From the human T2T-CHM13v2.0 reference genome, Homo sapiens, in NCBI RefSeq assembly GCF_009914755.1, contig NC_060927.1: a DNA stretch of 64,000 nucleotides, one strand, 5' to 3'. The notes beneath the pieces are model-generated. The model did not search any database and was not told where the DNA came from. It was given only the letters and a program-made list of their open reading frames with translations. Shown here in pieces: positions 1 through 13,884 of this stretch (the first letter of the stretch is position 1; every line of letters starts with the position of its first letter). Position numbers and translations under genes: made by a program.

Positions 1-470
1 TCTGCCATAATTGAATAAAAATGTACATTTACACATCAAAAGATCTCACGAAGTACCTGGCAAAATTACCTTAAAGACTTCAACTAGCAGATGAACTCAA
101 GTTCAAGAACAATAAGAGCATTTTACAATTACCTAGACAGGAAACAAGTTAGCTTACCTACAAAGATAGAAATATAGACTAGCATCAGATAGCTCTATAA
201 CATTAAACATCAGATGAAAATGGAGAAATGTTTATAGTTTTGAGTGCAAAAAATTGCCTGCTAGTCAAGAATTCTAAACTCATTTAAGTTGTCATTCATG
301 TCTGAAAAAAATTTCTTATATTTCTTTACATTTTCTTACAAAAATTTTCAATTATTCAGATTCCTAAGCCATATCACTGACATTACTTTTGAAAAAACTA
401 CTTAAATCATACTCCAGCCAACTAGAAATTATTCAAAACGAAAAATGGAGAAGTTCTAATGAAATGGAAC
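1..470 (+). mobile_element. Ancient L1M/HAL1-type fragment (ORF1 3' region)
   Basis: A-rich sequence at 150-300 resembles the degenerate L1 ORF1 end (IRL.SD...W...F.VL.EKN.QPRILY). Confidence 0.55.
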
Positions 471-484
471 TCATGGTTGTTACT

Positions 485-798
485 TTATTTTTATTTTATT
501 TTATTTATTTATTTTTTTGGAGACAGGGTCTCACTCTGTTGCTCAGGCTGGAGTGCAGTGGTGCAATCTTGGCTCACTGCAGCCTCTGTGTCCTGGGCTC
601 AAGGGATCCTCCCACCTCAGCCTCCTGAGTACCTGGGACCACAGGCACATGCCACCATGCTCAGTTAAAAAAAAAAAATGTAGAGATGGGGGTCTCACTA
701 CATTGCCCATGCTGGTCTTGAACTCCTGGGTTCAAGTGATTCTCTTGCCTTGGCCTCCCAAAGTGCTGAGATTACAGGCATGAGCTAGCATGCCCAGC
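485..798 (-). mobile_element. AluJ
   Basis: T-rich tail followed by gagacagggtctcactctg...gggctcaagggatcctcccacctcagcc (J-type diagnostics), both arms present. Confidence 0.93.
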
Positions 799-914
799 TG
801 TCATAGTGGTTGCTAAAAATCAATTAAACATCCTCTAAAGTATGGTTGTAAAAGACATTTTAAATACAAAACAGTAATTCTTGAAAGAGAAAATAATTTT
901 TAAAATAATAACTG

Positions 915-1700
915 GCACACCTTTGTCAAAATTCAATGAATGCACACTTAAAATTTGTGTATTTCATTGTTTGTAAATTTTGCCTCAAAGAAAAATACTG
1001 CAAGCAATTATTAAACTCTAGTTAATGATATTTATGCAGAAGTATTCAAGAAGTATATTGATGTCTTTGTCTGTTTTACATTGCTATAAATGAATAGCTG
1101 AGACTGAGTAGTTTATAAAGAAAAAAGGTTTATTTAGCTCAGAGTTCAGCTGGATGAGGGACTGGGCATCTGGTGAAAGCCTCAGGCTGCTTCCATTCAT
1201 AGTGAAAGCAAAGGGAAGCCAGCGTGTTCAGAGACCACATGGTGAAGGATGGAGCAAGAGAGAGGAGGAGGGGAGCTGCCAGGCTCTATTTAACAACCAG
1301 CTCTCTAAGGAACTAATAGAGCAGGAACTCACTCATTCCTTCCCATACCAGGGACAGCATTCATCTATTCCTTAGGGATCCACCCCAACAACCTGAAGGC
1401 CTCCCACTAGGCCCACCTCACCTCCCACTAGGCCCCACCTCACCTCCCACTAGGCCCTACCTCCAATATTGAGGATCAAATTTCAACATGCGATTTGGAA
1501 GAATCAAACATCAAACTACAGCAATTGATATTTTCAATTTACTTTGAAATGCATTTGTTTTAAACACGGGTTGATAGATGGACAGAACATGATACAGCAA
1601 GTATAGGAAAATGGCGATGGTAGACACGTGGGTGTTTACTGTAGAATTCTTTCAACTTTTCTGTATGTTTGAAAATGTTTATAAAACAGTACGTTGGAAA
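915..1700 (+). mobile_element. L1ME-type 3' end fragments, split by the MST LTR
   Basis: tttgtcaaaattcaatgaatgcacacttaaaatttgtgtatttcattgt and tagaattctttcaacttttctgtatgtttgaaaatgtttataa are old L1 3' UTR motifs. Confidence 0.6.
1064..1523 (-). mobile_element. MST (MSTB-like) MaLR solo LTR
   Basis: ttgctataaatgaatagctgagactg...aaggtttatttagctca...ggatcaaatttcaacatgcgatttgg...aaactacagca. Confidence 0.85.
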
Positions 1701-2039
1701 TAAAGATAACCCCTGAGTCTAAAGTCCAAAATTAAATACATAAAATAAGAAACTGAGTGAACTTAGGAAGGAGGGGAAAATAAAAGGTTATTTCTTCACC
1801 TTGCATAAGAAACAATCAATAGGTAGCATTTTTAAAAATCAAAAATTGGGAAAATATAGATTCGTGTATTTTTAAAATTTTCAGGGCAATCCCAATAGAA
1901 TTTTAAAATAGGACCTATACCTTCCATATCACTAGTGGAAAAATAGAAAATACAAACAACATAACACAAACAATTTTAAGCAGAGAGCAAGAAAATATTT
2001 TTAAAATCCAGAAAGCATAAGCAACTGGACTAAAGTTAA

Positions 2040-2480
2040 AACAAAAATGGTAACTGTGATAACAAATGTAAGTGGCTTTAGCTCCCATATTTGAAAAACT
2101 AAACTTATCAATATGCTATCATCCCAAGATATATACCTCAAATAAAGAAAAGCATTAGAATAAGAAAGGATAAGCTAGCAAATACATCACATGCACAAAG
2201 ACTCAATTTGTAAAGAAAACAGGGTCACAATATTTTGTATCAAAGTAGAATTTAAAACGGAAAACTTACATGACATTTAGATAAATATTGAAAAAGTGAA
2301 TAGCATGTAAATAACTGTCATGATGCTTTAATTGCCACATAATGTAGAATAAAAACAAATAAAGCAAGAATTCGTGGAAATTCAGAAAGAAATGGATAGA
2401 AATGACTTAGTAATGGCCGACTTTAAAGTCACCATCTTTGACAGCTCGGAAAGGTAATACACATACGATAATATAATAAT
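2040..2480 (+). mobile_element. Ancient L1 ORF2 endonuclease-region fragment
   Basis: ataacaaatgtaagtggctttagctcccata resembles ITLNVNGLNSPI; aaaacagggtcacaatattttgtatcaaagtagaatttaaa resembles KAGVAILISDKVDFK. Confidence 0.6.
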
Positions 2481-3104
2481 AAGTTAAGAAGCACCCCAGG
2501 CATGTTTCAATCAGTGCAAGTTGATCAGGACAATACCTTTGCTCACACAAGAGGCTGCACTTTTTCTTAATGAAAACGGACATATGTGACCTTCTTTGGC
2601 ATGCACCTACCATGGATTTACACTCGGCTTATGCTGTCTACACACCCCATTTGCACGTGTGCTGCCAACAGACCATTCTCTCCTACACATGAGATTTAAC
2701 CAGACCCAAAAGCTATAAAACCTAGAGACGTTTCATTGTTGATTTGGAAGAAGAAACGGTATGGGCTGTAAGAACTGGAAAAGATTTCTTCTGACTATTA
2801 AACTCTGAGCTATTTCAAAGCAATAGATTCTAGCTATAGAGTGTTTAATAAAATGAGGAGGTTTGGGATCTTCCAAGCTATGTTTCATTTCCTAACCCTA
2901 GACCATGCTTCTGCAACTGGAACTAGAGATCAATGGGAAGAGCAACAAGGGTAAGGGAGAGTTGATGGATGTGCCTGAGGACGTTTTAGGTTTGTAGTAA
3001 TGACAACATAGTCCACTGGGGGAGCTCTGCGGGCTGTTGAACATGTAGAATAGGACCTAGTTGGAAATGTGGATTGGAGAGCGAGCATCAAAAAAGTGAG
3101 TTAA

Positions 3105-3248
3105 GGGGGGAGGGGGGGAGGGATAGCATTAGGAGATATACCTAATGTAAATGACGAGTTAATGGGTGCAGCACACCAACATGGCACATGTATACATATG
3201 TAACACACCTGCACGTTGTGCACATGTACCCTAGAACTTAAAGTATAA

Positions 3249-3295
<47 letters not shown>
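3105..3295 (+). mobile_element. 5'-truncated L1PA (about PA3-PA5) 3' end with (TAAA)n tail
   Basis: Near-consensus gatagcattaggagatatacctaatgtaaatgacgagttaatgggtgcagcacaccaac; TSD aaaagtgagttaa at 3092-3104 and 3296-3308. Confidence 0.95.
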
Positions 3296-3297
<2 letters not shown>

Positions 3298-4289
3298 AAG
3301 TGAGTTAAAGCCCCACAATTCAAGTTACTTCGAGGATATAGGATTAACAAAGCCTGCTCAAGCCAAATGATGGGGACACGGCAGGCCAAACAGGGAAGTC
3401 TGTGTGTGATGTGATAGGCAATATAAAGCCAGCAAAGGTCTGGGATCAGGGAGGTCATTGTAATTGTCAGGAAATTCATATCAGATTAAGGCCAGTTTTG
3501 CCTCCCCACGTCTGTCAGCTGACATGTCTTCTGCCCTGTGAGGAATGCAGAATGCATCTGCTCCCCCTTCCACATGGCAATAGAGAAAAAAGCAGGACTA
3601 ACACTTTGCCTTTGTGCATTTCACAGGAATAGCAGGAAAAGCCTTTTGAGAAGGCTCAACACTCACAGAGAAAACCACATTAATCATCAGCCTAGGAAAC
3701 TGGAACACTCCACAAAACCATTGCTATAGATTCAATATTTACACAAAATCTGGAGGTTGAAGTTCTTCCTTTCCTTGCCACAGAAAGGAAACCATGAAAA
3801 GCTGCCAGAAAGAGAATCTCAGTTCCTATTTACACTCGCCAAATTCATAAAGCGCAACATTCTCATCTTATAGATAAGGAAAACTGAGTCGCAAAAAAGA
3901 CAAAGTGTCTTGATCAATAACGTGTTCATACCCTTTACCTGACCATGCACATTTTGAGGTGCGGAAACTGCAGCCCCAAGCGTACAATGCCCTGCCCGAC
4001 ATCACACAGAGAGTGAACACCCAAGCAAACAGTCATCCCCGTTTGCCCCACTGCTCTACCCCATGTACCAACCAAAGCAGGCTAAGCAGAGAGAAAAGGA
4101 GGAAGGTAGCTGTGCTGTGTCTGAAGAAGCAAACCAAAATAAGTCTCATTCAATCCGGTCTTTGGGACGGGTAAAACCCCTAGTAATAGAGGAACCTGCA
4201 GACACGTAGTTGGGTTTTGGTGGAAATCATTGGGACCTTCTCTGCTATGTTTCTCGAAACAGTGTCTTTCAGCTTTCTGCAAGGGAGTT

Positions 4290-4435
4290 TCCCAGAGGTC
4301 TTATTACAAGTATGGTTTGGCTGGAGCCCAGCCCAGACTTCCTGGGTCAGAATCTCAGGGTGGGGCCCTGGAATCTAAATTTCTAACAAGCTTCCCCAGT
4401 GGATTTTATACACACTGAAGTACAAGAGCCACTGT
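4290..4435. mobile_element. MER5A (hAT-Charlie)
   Basis: cagaatctcagggtggggccctggaatctaaatttctaacaagcttccccagtggattttatacacactgaagt. Confidence 0.8.
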
Positions 4436-5199
4436 GGCTCACATTCTTGACCAGACAGTATGAAAAGACTAAGTTCAGATCTCATCCCCAAGATGGGGGT
4501 CAGACCAGACAGGGGTCACCGTCCCGCCTTTAGCACCCGGGCCCCACGTGCCCTTTCAGCCCCTGCTCGTTGCTCAGCACAGCCCAGCCCAGAATTACTC
4601 CTCCTAAAAGACATCTCTCTGCCATTTTAATTTCCAAAACCTGTCATAAAAGCAGCTCTTCTCTTCTGATGAGGTAATTGGTGCCATAATACCATTAGGA
4701 GGGTGCCCCTGGTGCACAGCTCAATTAGGAAAGGTGTATTAAATGATTTACATTTCTTTCTTTAGCTGAAACACTAGTTATAGACTTGCTAAGTAATAGG
4801 ATGTTGTTAATGAGCCATAGCATGGGGCTCATTTAATTCAATACTGTAGCTTTCTAGCTAATTGAGGCATTGTTCTTCTTTACCCCACAGTCCAATTTTT
4901 CTTCTCCCAAAGCCAGGGGAAGAAAAAGAAAGGAAAAAAAGAAAAAAGAAAACCATTCGAGGGTCAGACAGCAAAAGTAAGAACCTCCATAGAGTCTGAT
5001 TCCCAGCCAGTTTATGACAGCCCAGCCTTCCAGGGGATAAGATTCCCTATGTTAAGAGCTGACTGCAGGTTCATTCTAGGCTGAGGCTGAACCTAGAGGC
5101 CTGAAGAGCCCCAGGCTGAAGAACCTGGTTACAGTGTCCCCATCCTGTGAGTTCTCCACTCTACAGGAGCTCAGGGGAGGCCTGACTTGGGATCATCTA

Positions 5200-5356
5200 G
5201 CCTTGGTAATAAAAGTGTGGTCCATGAGCGAGCATCACGTGGGGGCTCGCTGGAAATGCAGAACTCATGTCCCACCCAAACCTACTCAGCCAGAATCCAC
5301 ATTTAACAAGATGCTCAAGTGATTCTCATGCGCTGCAAATTTTACGAAGCACTGGT
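5200..5356. mobile_element. MER5A1-like (hAT-Charlie)
   Basis: aagtgtggtcc...ggaaatgcagaactc...agaatccacatttaacaagatgctcaagtgattc...gaagcactgg. Confidence 0.8.
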
Positions 5357-5779
5357 CGAGATCCTTTCAGATTGAGCCACAACCTCCCAGGCCTCCCTCA
5401 GGGAGTGTTCCCTACTAGAAGGTAGCCTATTCCCACCCCACAGAAACATTGCTCTTTTTTAAAATATGGGACTATTCTCATGGAGGAAAAAAAAAACTTT
5501 TTTAATGAAAACAGAGAGACAGAAAGAAACCCAGAGAGAAACAGTAAAGGCCAGAAAAGGGTTGCTGAACTTGAGAAGTTCAAAAGCCCATATTTCATTT
5601 TGCTCACAAAACCACAGACCTCTCCTGCAACACACCCAAAGACTGCAGCTTTGCCTCTGCCAAGCCGCAACTGAATGGAAAGCCAGGAGAAAACACTCTT
5701 TCTAACACAGGAGAGCCAGGAACTCCAGTGCAGAGACCAACCTTCCAACCTCAGGGACTCACAGTGTGTGGAAGCAGCC

Positions 5780-5920
5780 AGAGGCCTTAGAAGTTATGTC
5801 TCACTCCCTTCATCCTACAGAACAAGAAACTGAGTCGTGCAGGGCAAGTGACTTGTTCAAGCAACCCAGTCCCGTTAGTGGCAGTGCTGGCTGGGATTGG
5901 GCCCAGATCTCCTGTCTCCC
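5780..5920 (-). mobile_element. MIR
   Basis: MIR core catcctacagaacaagaaactgagtc...aagtgacttgttcaag. Confidence 0.65.
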
Positions 5921-7727
5921 GTTCTCTTGCCCTCACACCACGAGACCTCAGAGAATCTATACAAGGATTCTCTTAAGATCAATATGCAAAAGCCGTTTCA
6001 CTAATTTGCACAATATGAAACTATATTCTTCTAGAGCAAGTGTGACATTACTCAGTTGCAAACACTGCTGTGGACAGGTAATGTCAAGGAACAGGTTTGA
6101 CTGCTGGTCTCCAGACTACAAATTAGCTGGAATAATGGGCAGAAAGTGATAAATAACCTGAGCTTCTCTCAAAAACTTGAACTGAACTCAACACTGCAGA
6201 TGCTTTATCTGTTTTATTCCCCACTTTTTATTCTCTTTTCTTAACTGGCTGCTTCGTTCCTTCCATCTTTTACACCCGTACATTATCTGTGTGAGAAGAC
6301 AAGCACCACCAACTCAACGGAGTCTCTCCACAACTGACTATGAATGGTTTGGCTGAATGCCCAAAGTCACCATTTATTTTTTCTTCAAATAGACAGCCAA
6401 ACTTGAGAACCAAGTCAAAATAACATAAATGCCCCTCAAAACCAAAAGTCTCAACCAGCAACCCATCACCTAGCAGACCACAAGAAACTCAGATCCAAAA
6501 TGACCAAGTATCCCCAGTGGGAGAATCCACAAAAGAAAACCCACTGTAAGGATGGTACTTCACAAAATCCAGGTGGATAAACCTCAATTCTCAAAACCCC
6601 CTTTTTCTGCTACCTCCTGAAGCCAAACCACCTTCCCATCTCAATGCCCTCTGCAGCCACCATCACCGGAAGTGTCAAACATCAGCCTCACGCTTATTCT
6701 GCCCATGAACGTGAGGTTTCTACATCCAGGACTTCTGGAATCACCCCTTTTTGTGGTATTTCTTTGGGTCCTGAGCACCCTGCCATTTTTCTAAACTGAA
6801 GAAAAGGGGGAAAAAAGAGGAGAAGCAAACGAAACTTCCCTGCAGTGATGTGAGTGACTGCTGTGTTTCCATGGTTTGCTCTCCACTGTTCTCGGTGACC
6901 CCTGCGGATTTCCCTTATGAGTTAGTGTCCCGGAATGTCTCTTTATTAGGTGTCTGGAGAAGTAAAGCTGTCCTGATGCCAGCGCCCCCACACTGAGGAC
7001 TTTATTAGTTTTTTAATTTTCTGTCTGGGTGCTCCTGCTGCATCAAACTTTCCACAGCTGTTAGGAGCTATTAAGTCCGTAGCCTCATTGGGCCCTTTCC
7101 CCACCCCTACCCTGCTGAAGAACATGGGAAATTTCTGGACATGCTACGTGGAGCCTTTAAAATATGAATACTTTGTCTCTCTGGTGAGAAAGCACTGGGG
7201 TCCAGATGGGGAGAAGATGTTCTGCCATAAGAAAATCTCCTGGTCTGGTCCGTGCCTTGGCTTAGCACAGGGCTGTTCAGGCAGTGTGAGGACCCGACAG
7301 GAGGGAGGGGCAGGCAGAAGGGAGAACCCACTTTTTTATCCATTCTGCCCAGCAAGTAGGGGACCGGGGTTGTCCGGGCGTCGGGGGAGCGGGGAGCTCA
7401 GACTGTTTTTAGACTGACTTGGAATCCGGCCCAGAGCTTGATGCCCGGTTCAAAGCATTCCCTCCTGAGTGGACATTACAAGACCTGCAGCGAAGAATAA
7501 AACAGAAAGACTTGCAAACATTTGCCTTGTAGGCGCACAGCTGTGGTTTTGTACAACAGGCCAGTGCTATTGCTCCTGTCTCCCCTGAGAGGGGAACACG
7601 AATACCTATCCACTCCCAAAGCCCCTCCCTGCCAGCATCCCTGAGATGCCCAGGCAGCCCAGATGAGGCCCAGCCGTCCATGAGACTCCCAGTGTGTAAA
7701 CCCAAAAGCAGGTGTGCACGTGCGTGC

Positions 7728-7747
7728 ATACACACACACACACACAC
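7728..7747. repeat. (CA)n microsatellite
   Basis: Directly visible CA run. Confidence 0.9.
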
Positions 7748-9364
7748 CCAGCAACCTGGCTCTTTCCCATAGCACCCATGCATCTGGAAGGCAACACAAC
7801 CACTCGGCCAACTCGGGGAGGATGGAGTAAGGGCCTTGAGGGTCCAGAGAATTCTCAGCCTCGTTCTGGCTCCAGCCTGCCCGGCAATTTGCTTTCCAGC
7901 GGCTGCCTTTAAGCCTCCCTTTGAGGAGACTTATTTGCAGGGTGAATGAGAAAGCCTAGAGAGAAGAAAAACCTTTGGAGATACCCGCCTGGGGAACAAT
8001 TTTGCCTCTGAGAGCAAGTTGGTATTTGGGGTTAATCCCTCTGTGGAAACATTGGGTTGAAAGCCCGGAGGAGGTCAGGGGTCTGATTACGGCTTCTGTT
8101 TACATATAAACTTCCTGGTCCTAGGAGACAATCGGAGGGGTGGGGGAAGGGAGCAGGGAAACAAGGAAAGTAAAGGAGAATTTTTTTAATTAAATGGCCT
8201 TCCCTCTTAAAAATAAAGTCAACAAAATAAGGAGGAGCTTGTGGAATCAGGGTTTGATTTGAATGTCTATGTACAAATATTTCTTTTACATTTTTAAGTC
8301 ATGATTTACATAATGGAGTTGAAGCATCTTTTGAAACAAAACTTGAAATACTGATATTCGTTGATGTGCATAGGTATATTTTTTTAAAAAAAGAAACAGT
8401 AGGAAAGAAACTTTAGTCAGTTATCTTCTGAGAACCAGAGGGACGCATAGATAATGAAACTAGCCAATGTGCTCAGTTGTCTTGGATTTGTTGAGCTTGG
8501 GTTCTGGTCTGATTCTTATTTAGTTTGGTCAGAGAAAAATCATCGTGAAGACTCTACAACAGGTGAATGAGCTGAAAATTATAGTTTGAAGGACAATTTG
8601 AAACTACCATAAACACATACATATAAGAAACGCCTAAATGACAGTATTAAAGCCAAACAAACCCATACTTTCAAAAGAATCAAGAGGAAAAAATACTTCT
8701 TCCACATCCTCTAAAGAAGGCAAAGCAAAGCTATACAGCTGAGGAGGGGTGGAAAAAAGTACAAAATGGTTCTTAAAAGGGACAGTTACTTTTTAAGATT
8801 TAGAGCTTGAGTAATTTTTTAGTAGATTAAATTTAAAAGACAAAATAGTTTCTTTTTTGTTTGTTTGGAGAGAAAGAGGGAGTTAGGAGTCTGTCCTGGA
8901 CATACTTAAGAACATTAAACAAAATATCCGTGAAGAAAATGTGGCAACTCTATTGCCGGGGACATTTAAAACCAGGTAAGACTTGGGTGTGTAGGATTTA
9001 CATCCAAAACAGTCTATAATAAAAAAGAGATCCTAAATACTTGATACTAGTTTCCTTTTGTGTTTTTCACTGGTGATTTTTTGAGGCTTTTGCAAATATT
9101 GAAGATAATTCTCACCATTTACTCGTGTCAAATAAAAAGAAAAGCATTTCTTCAATGAATCTTCTTTCTACTTTGAGTTTCCAACTGAAGAATTTTGGAA
9201 AGCCAACCACGGACATTTTGAAAGTTAATTTACCAACAGAAGTACTTTTAAAAAAGTGAACAATAGTTGAAGTCAAATTCAATAGGCTATTACTTACCCC
9301 TTTGAAATTTTTTTTAAATTTGTAATTCTCTTATTTTTCTCAGTGGATTCTGTGATCTCCCTAA

Positions 9365-9941
<577 letters not shown>

Positions 9942-10244
9942 TGAGGCATTGTGAAGAGACACCTACCGCAAAAGGTTTGTGGGTCTTAGGGGCACCGATT
10001 TCCTGCCAACCCCTTGCAGAATTATTTTTGAAAAGGTGAGGCATTTTGCCAGGCTGAATATGGTGGCTGAATAAAGGGGAAAGAATCTGGGACCCAGTGA
10101 CAAATATCAGAGGTTGTCAGGGAGCAAGTGGTGAGTTAAAGGATGACATCAGACTATGTTATGGGCAGGGGCAGAGTCTAACAATGAGCTGCTCTTTGGG
10201 CTTCAAAATGCCAAGTGGCGGGACCCTAGGTCTGCGGTGACTAT

Positions 10245-10379
10245 GGCCAGGATCATAGAATTGATGCCCCAAACCAGGACCCTTTGGAGAGAAAAAAGAG
10301 GGAGTTTATTATAATTATACTGGGGCAACCTGTGTGAGCTCGGACTGCCCTAGGCAAATCCAGACATTGCTGATCCTTA
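10245..10379. mobile_element. MER94-like hAT MITE
   Basis: ccaaaccaggaccctttggagagaaaaaagagggagtttattataattatactggggcaac...ggactgccctaggcaaatccagaca. Confidence 0.65.
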
Positions 10380-11689
10380 CCCCGAACCACCCGCCTACCC
10401 CTAAAGTCTAGGAGACCAAGCTTGGCTGCCCTTCAGCATCTCCTCCAGGCGAGGCTGGGCCCTTAGCTGTGCTTCCTCTTCCCCAGGGGAGGAGCCTCTA
10501 CCAAGGCCAGAAGTGGAGGAAGTTCCGTGGTCAAATGGGTGTGGGAAATGGACTATTCACCCTCTTACCCCTTCTTGCAGATTCACAATATATATTGTGA
10601 ATTAAAGATGTTGAGAAGACCTGCAGTAAATTAAACTGCTGAGCATTGTGGAGCCTCTGGTTTCCCCAAAGGTGCTGGAGCACGAGGAGATCTTTTTCTA
10701 CTGAACGTCTAGGACATGCAGGCAAAAACTGCTTTAAACCTTTGGAGGCAAAGTCCAGAGGCAGGTCTTGGTCTCTCGGAGGTAGAAGCCTGCAGAGTAC
10801 ACGGGAGCTTCTAGCACCCCTCAGGATGGCACCAGCAGATGTTCGGCTGGGTGAGGTAATATAGGAACCTACCAAGGTACAGCCAAAAAACCTGCAGAAA
10901 CATGTCCGAAGCCATCCCACGCCATGAACAGGAAGCCTTTGTGTTCACATTAACACAGGCAGGCCTCCCTAGCCCCACTGATCCATCCCATCACACAAGG
11001 ATGGCAATAAGGACCGCATTTGACATCCAGAAATGGTAAGCCTGACCCGAACTCAGCTGAGACACAGAGAACCTGTTTCCCTCTAAGCATTTCATCCACC
11101 GGTGACCTGAGGCCATACTTCATATATCCTGCCATTTCTCTGGCATGTGTGTACCGAAGGGAATGCTCCAGACCATCTGGGCGATAAAATTGCAGTCAAG
11201 GCCTCTCTAAACAACATGAGTTCTGATAAGGGTGGTGATGAGTGACCACAAAGACCAGGAGTCAAGGCAGAGGTTGTCTGGGCTCCAGGTGAAGCTCCAC
11301 GTCACAGGCTGTGGCAGGGCAGTACCGACATGCACTCTATGAGACAGATGCAGCTGGTTTCATAGACACAGTTCTCAACCGGATTATTGCAAAATTGTCT
11401 GAGTGCATTTCCTTGTGACTGGCCTATTGCTGTTTCTGTTTGTTCTCCAAGTTGCAGCCTGAAGGATTTTTCCAAAACACAAACTTATGCAGGTCTTTCA
11501 GAGCATCGCACAATGAGATGATGAATCCATCAGTGGGCAGGGAAGCCCTACAGAAAGGTCATGGTGAAGTGAGGGGTTTGCAGAGATCACTGATTTTCAT
11601 CAACAAGGTCCACACTTCTGCACATGATGCCCAAGGCTCCTTATGACAGAGGCGACTTCCCAATCGCTCCTCCTCTCTCTGCTCCTACC

Positions 11690-12052
11690 CCCTCTACTAC
11701 ATTCACTTACCCCCAGCTGCTCTTTGATCTCTAAACACAGCATTATTCTTATAATCCCTTGCTTTTCCCAACAGTGTTCCTTTGCCCATAATAGCCTTGT
11801 CTCCCTAACAAAGTCTAAATCGTGTACTTTAAGACCCACCTGAGATTTCACGGTCTTAGCTAAGAAGACTTCACCACCACCCCTGCCCCTCCTCCACATA
11901 AGCCGAATCCAAGCCTCGGTGGGCCGGCGTCACCTTCCTTGACTCTGAGCACCTGAGTGCAAGAAGCTGTCAGATTGACTGCTTTGTCCTCGATGTCCAC
12001 CCCAGTGCCTTTCGGGTAGTCACTGCTCAGTTAACGTGGAGGCGTGGACTAA
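11690..12052 (+). mobile_element. L2 3' fragment
   Basis: Pyrimidine-rich L2 signature ending cccagtgcct...gtagtcactgctcagttaacgt. Confidence 0.55.
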
Positions 12053-12176
12053 CACACAGAACCTTGTAGGATCGCATGCAAGATTCAAACAGTTTTCCTC
12101 AGGCATTAGCATTTTAAATTTGAAATAAGAGGAACCAGAAAAATGACTTTATGTTGGAGTCTGAAAAGAATGATCA

Positions 12177-12559
<383 letters not shown>

Positions 12560-13851
12560 TCATCCTGTCAACTCATTTCCCAAAAGAACTTGGGAAATTA
12601 AAAGAACTAAGACACTTTAAAGGGACCTAAAGCCCACTCCCCTCAATATCCATAATCCACATGAGTCTGTCATGGAGAAGGTGTAAACACTGGGATGGGC
12701 AGTTACCTTCAGCTCCAAGAGTAGGGATTTCTAAGAAGGAGTAAATACGTGGAACGGGAAGAGGCAAGGACTGAAGTAAGAAAAAGAAAATCAAGGAGAA
12801 TGACTGCGTCTAGGAAGTCAGAAGAGGACCAGAAGACTTAGCAATAGTCTTGGTTACTTACTCAGGGCTGCAAGTAACCATGATATCCATGTCAGGAAGG
12901 AAGGACCCAGTCCAAGGAAGTACATATGGTCCAAAGAGCTAGGGTACGAAAGTAGGAGGCAGGGAGGCAGCTTGTCTTCAGGATGTAAAGCTGAATAAGC
13001 AACCCTGTATGTTTGCAGTTCCCTGGTTAATTTCCAGCCATAAAAAATATGGCCCAAGATTTACAAAAATATCCCTAAAACATTCCACATGCGTCTCAAG
13101 GCGGAGGGTAATTGTTATGAACAAATCCACACAAACTCTTGTGCCAAGAGCAACAAGTTGAGGATAAGGAAGGAATAGGAAACATGAAAAAAAGGGCCAG
13201 TCAGAAACCAGAATGACAGATGTGGGCTATCCTCCCCTCCCAGCAAAACAAGAGGGCGGGAGGTCCTTACAGCACCTCGAAGGCTTATCGCGGTGGGGAA
13301 AGATCCAGCACAACAGTCCTAAAGGGGATTTCCATGGTGGAGGATGCTCTGGCGGTGCAGCTGTGGGAACATCAGGTAGGAATTCACCGTAACCCTGCAG
13401 AATCTTCCTTTGACATGGCAGCCTCTGGACCTGGAGGGAGATCATCCAGGCCAACCCCCGTCTGTCCCGGAATCCCCTCCTCACGGGCTCCTTCCTAGCC
13501 AGTTTCTGCCTCAGCACTCTCAGGTGTGTTGACGTATAAGAAAGCTCTCTCCCATATTGAGCCAAACTCTTCCCTGGAGAATAGCAGAAGAGCAGGAAGA
13601 GTTGGGGGTGGGAAGTGTACCTTTCCCTCGAGACTCCCTCGGGTACCTGAAGTCTAATGTCCCAAGCTAAACATCCCTCAGTCCCTTTACTTTCTGTGAC
13701 ATGAGTTCCAGTCCGCCACTCTCCTGGCCAGTGTCCTGGGGACATGCTCAGGTTGGAACAGAGTGGGGAACTCCTGGGCCAGGCCTCCCTCCCTCCACCA
13801 CTCTGTAGCTATCAGAAGACTGTTCTGGTGCAACAGCAGCTGTGTCTCCAT

Positions 13852-13852
<1 letters not shown>

Positions 13853-13880
<28 letters not shown>
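13853..13880. repeat. (CA)n microsatellite
   Basis: Directly visible. Confidence 0.95.

Positions 13881-13884
<4 letters not shown>

Noticed and set aside
13227-13745. 172-aa ORF (and 160-162-aa ORFs at 42623-43111 and 45505-45987)
   Set aside because: No recognisable domain or exon structure; lengths are compatible with chance.
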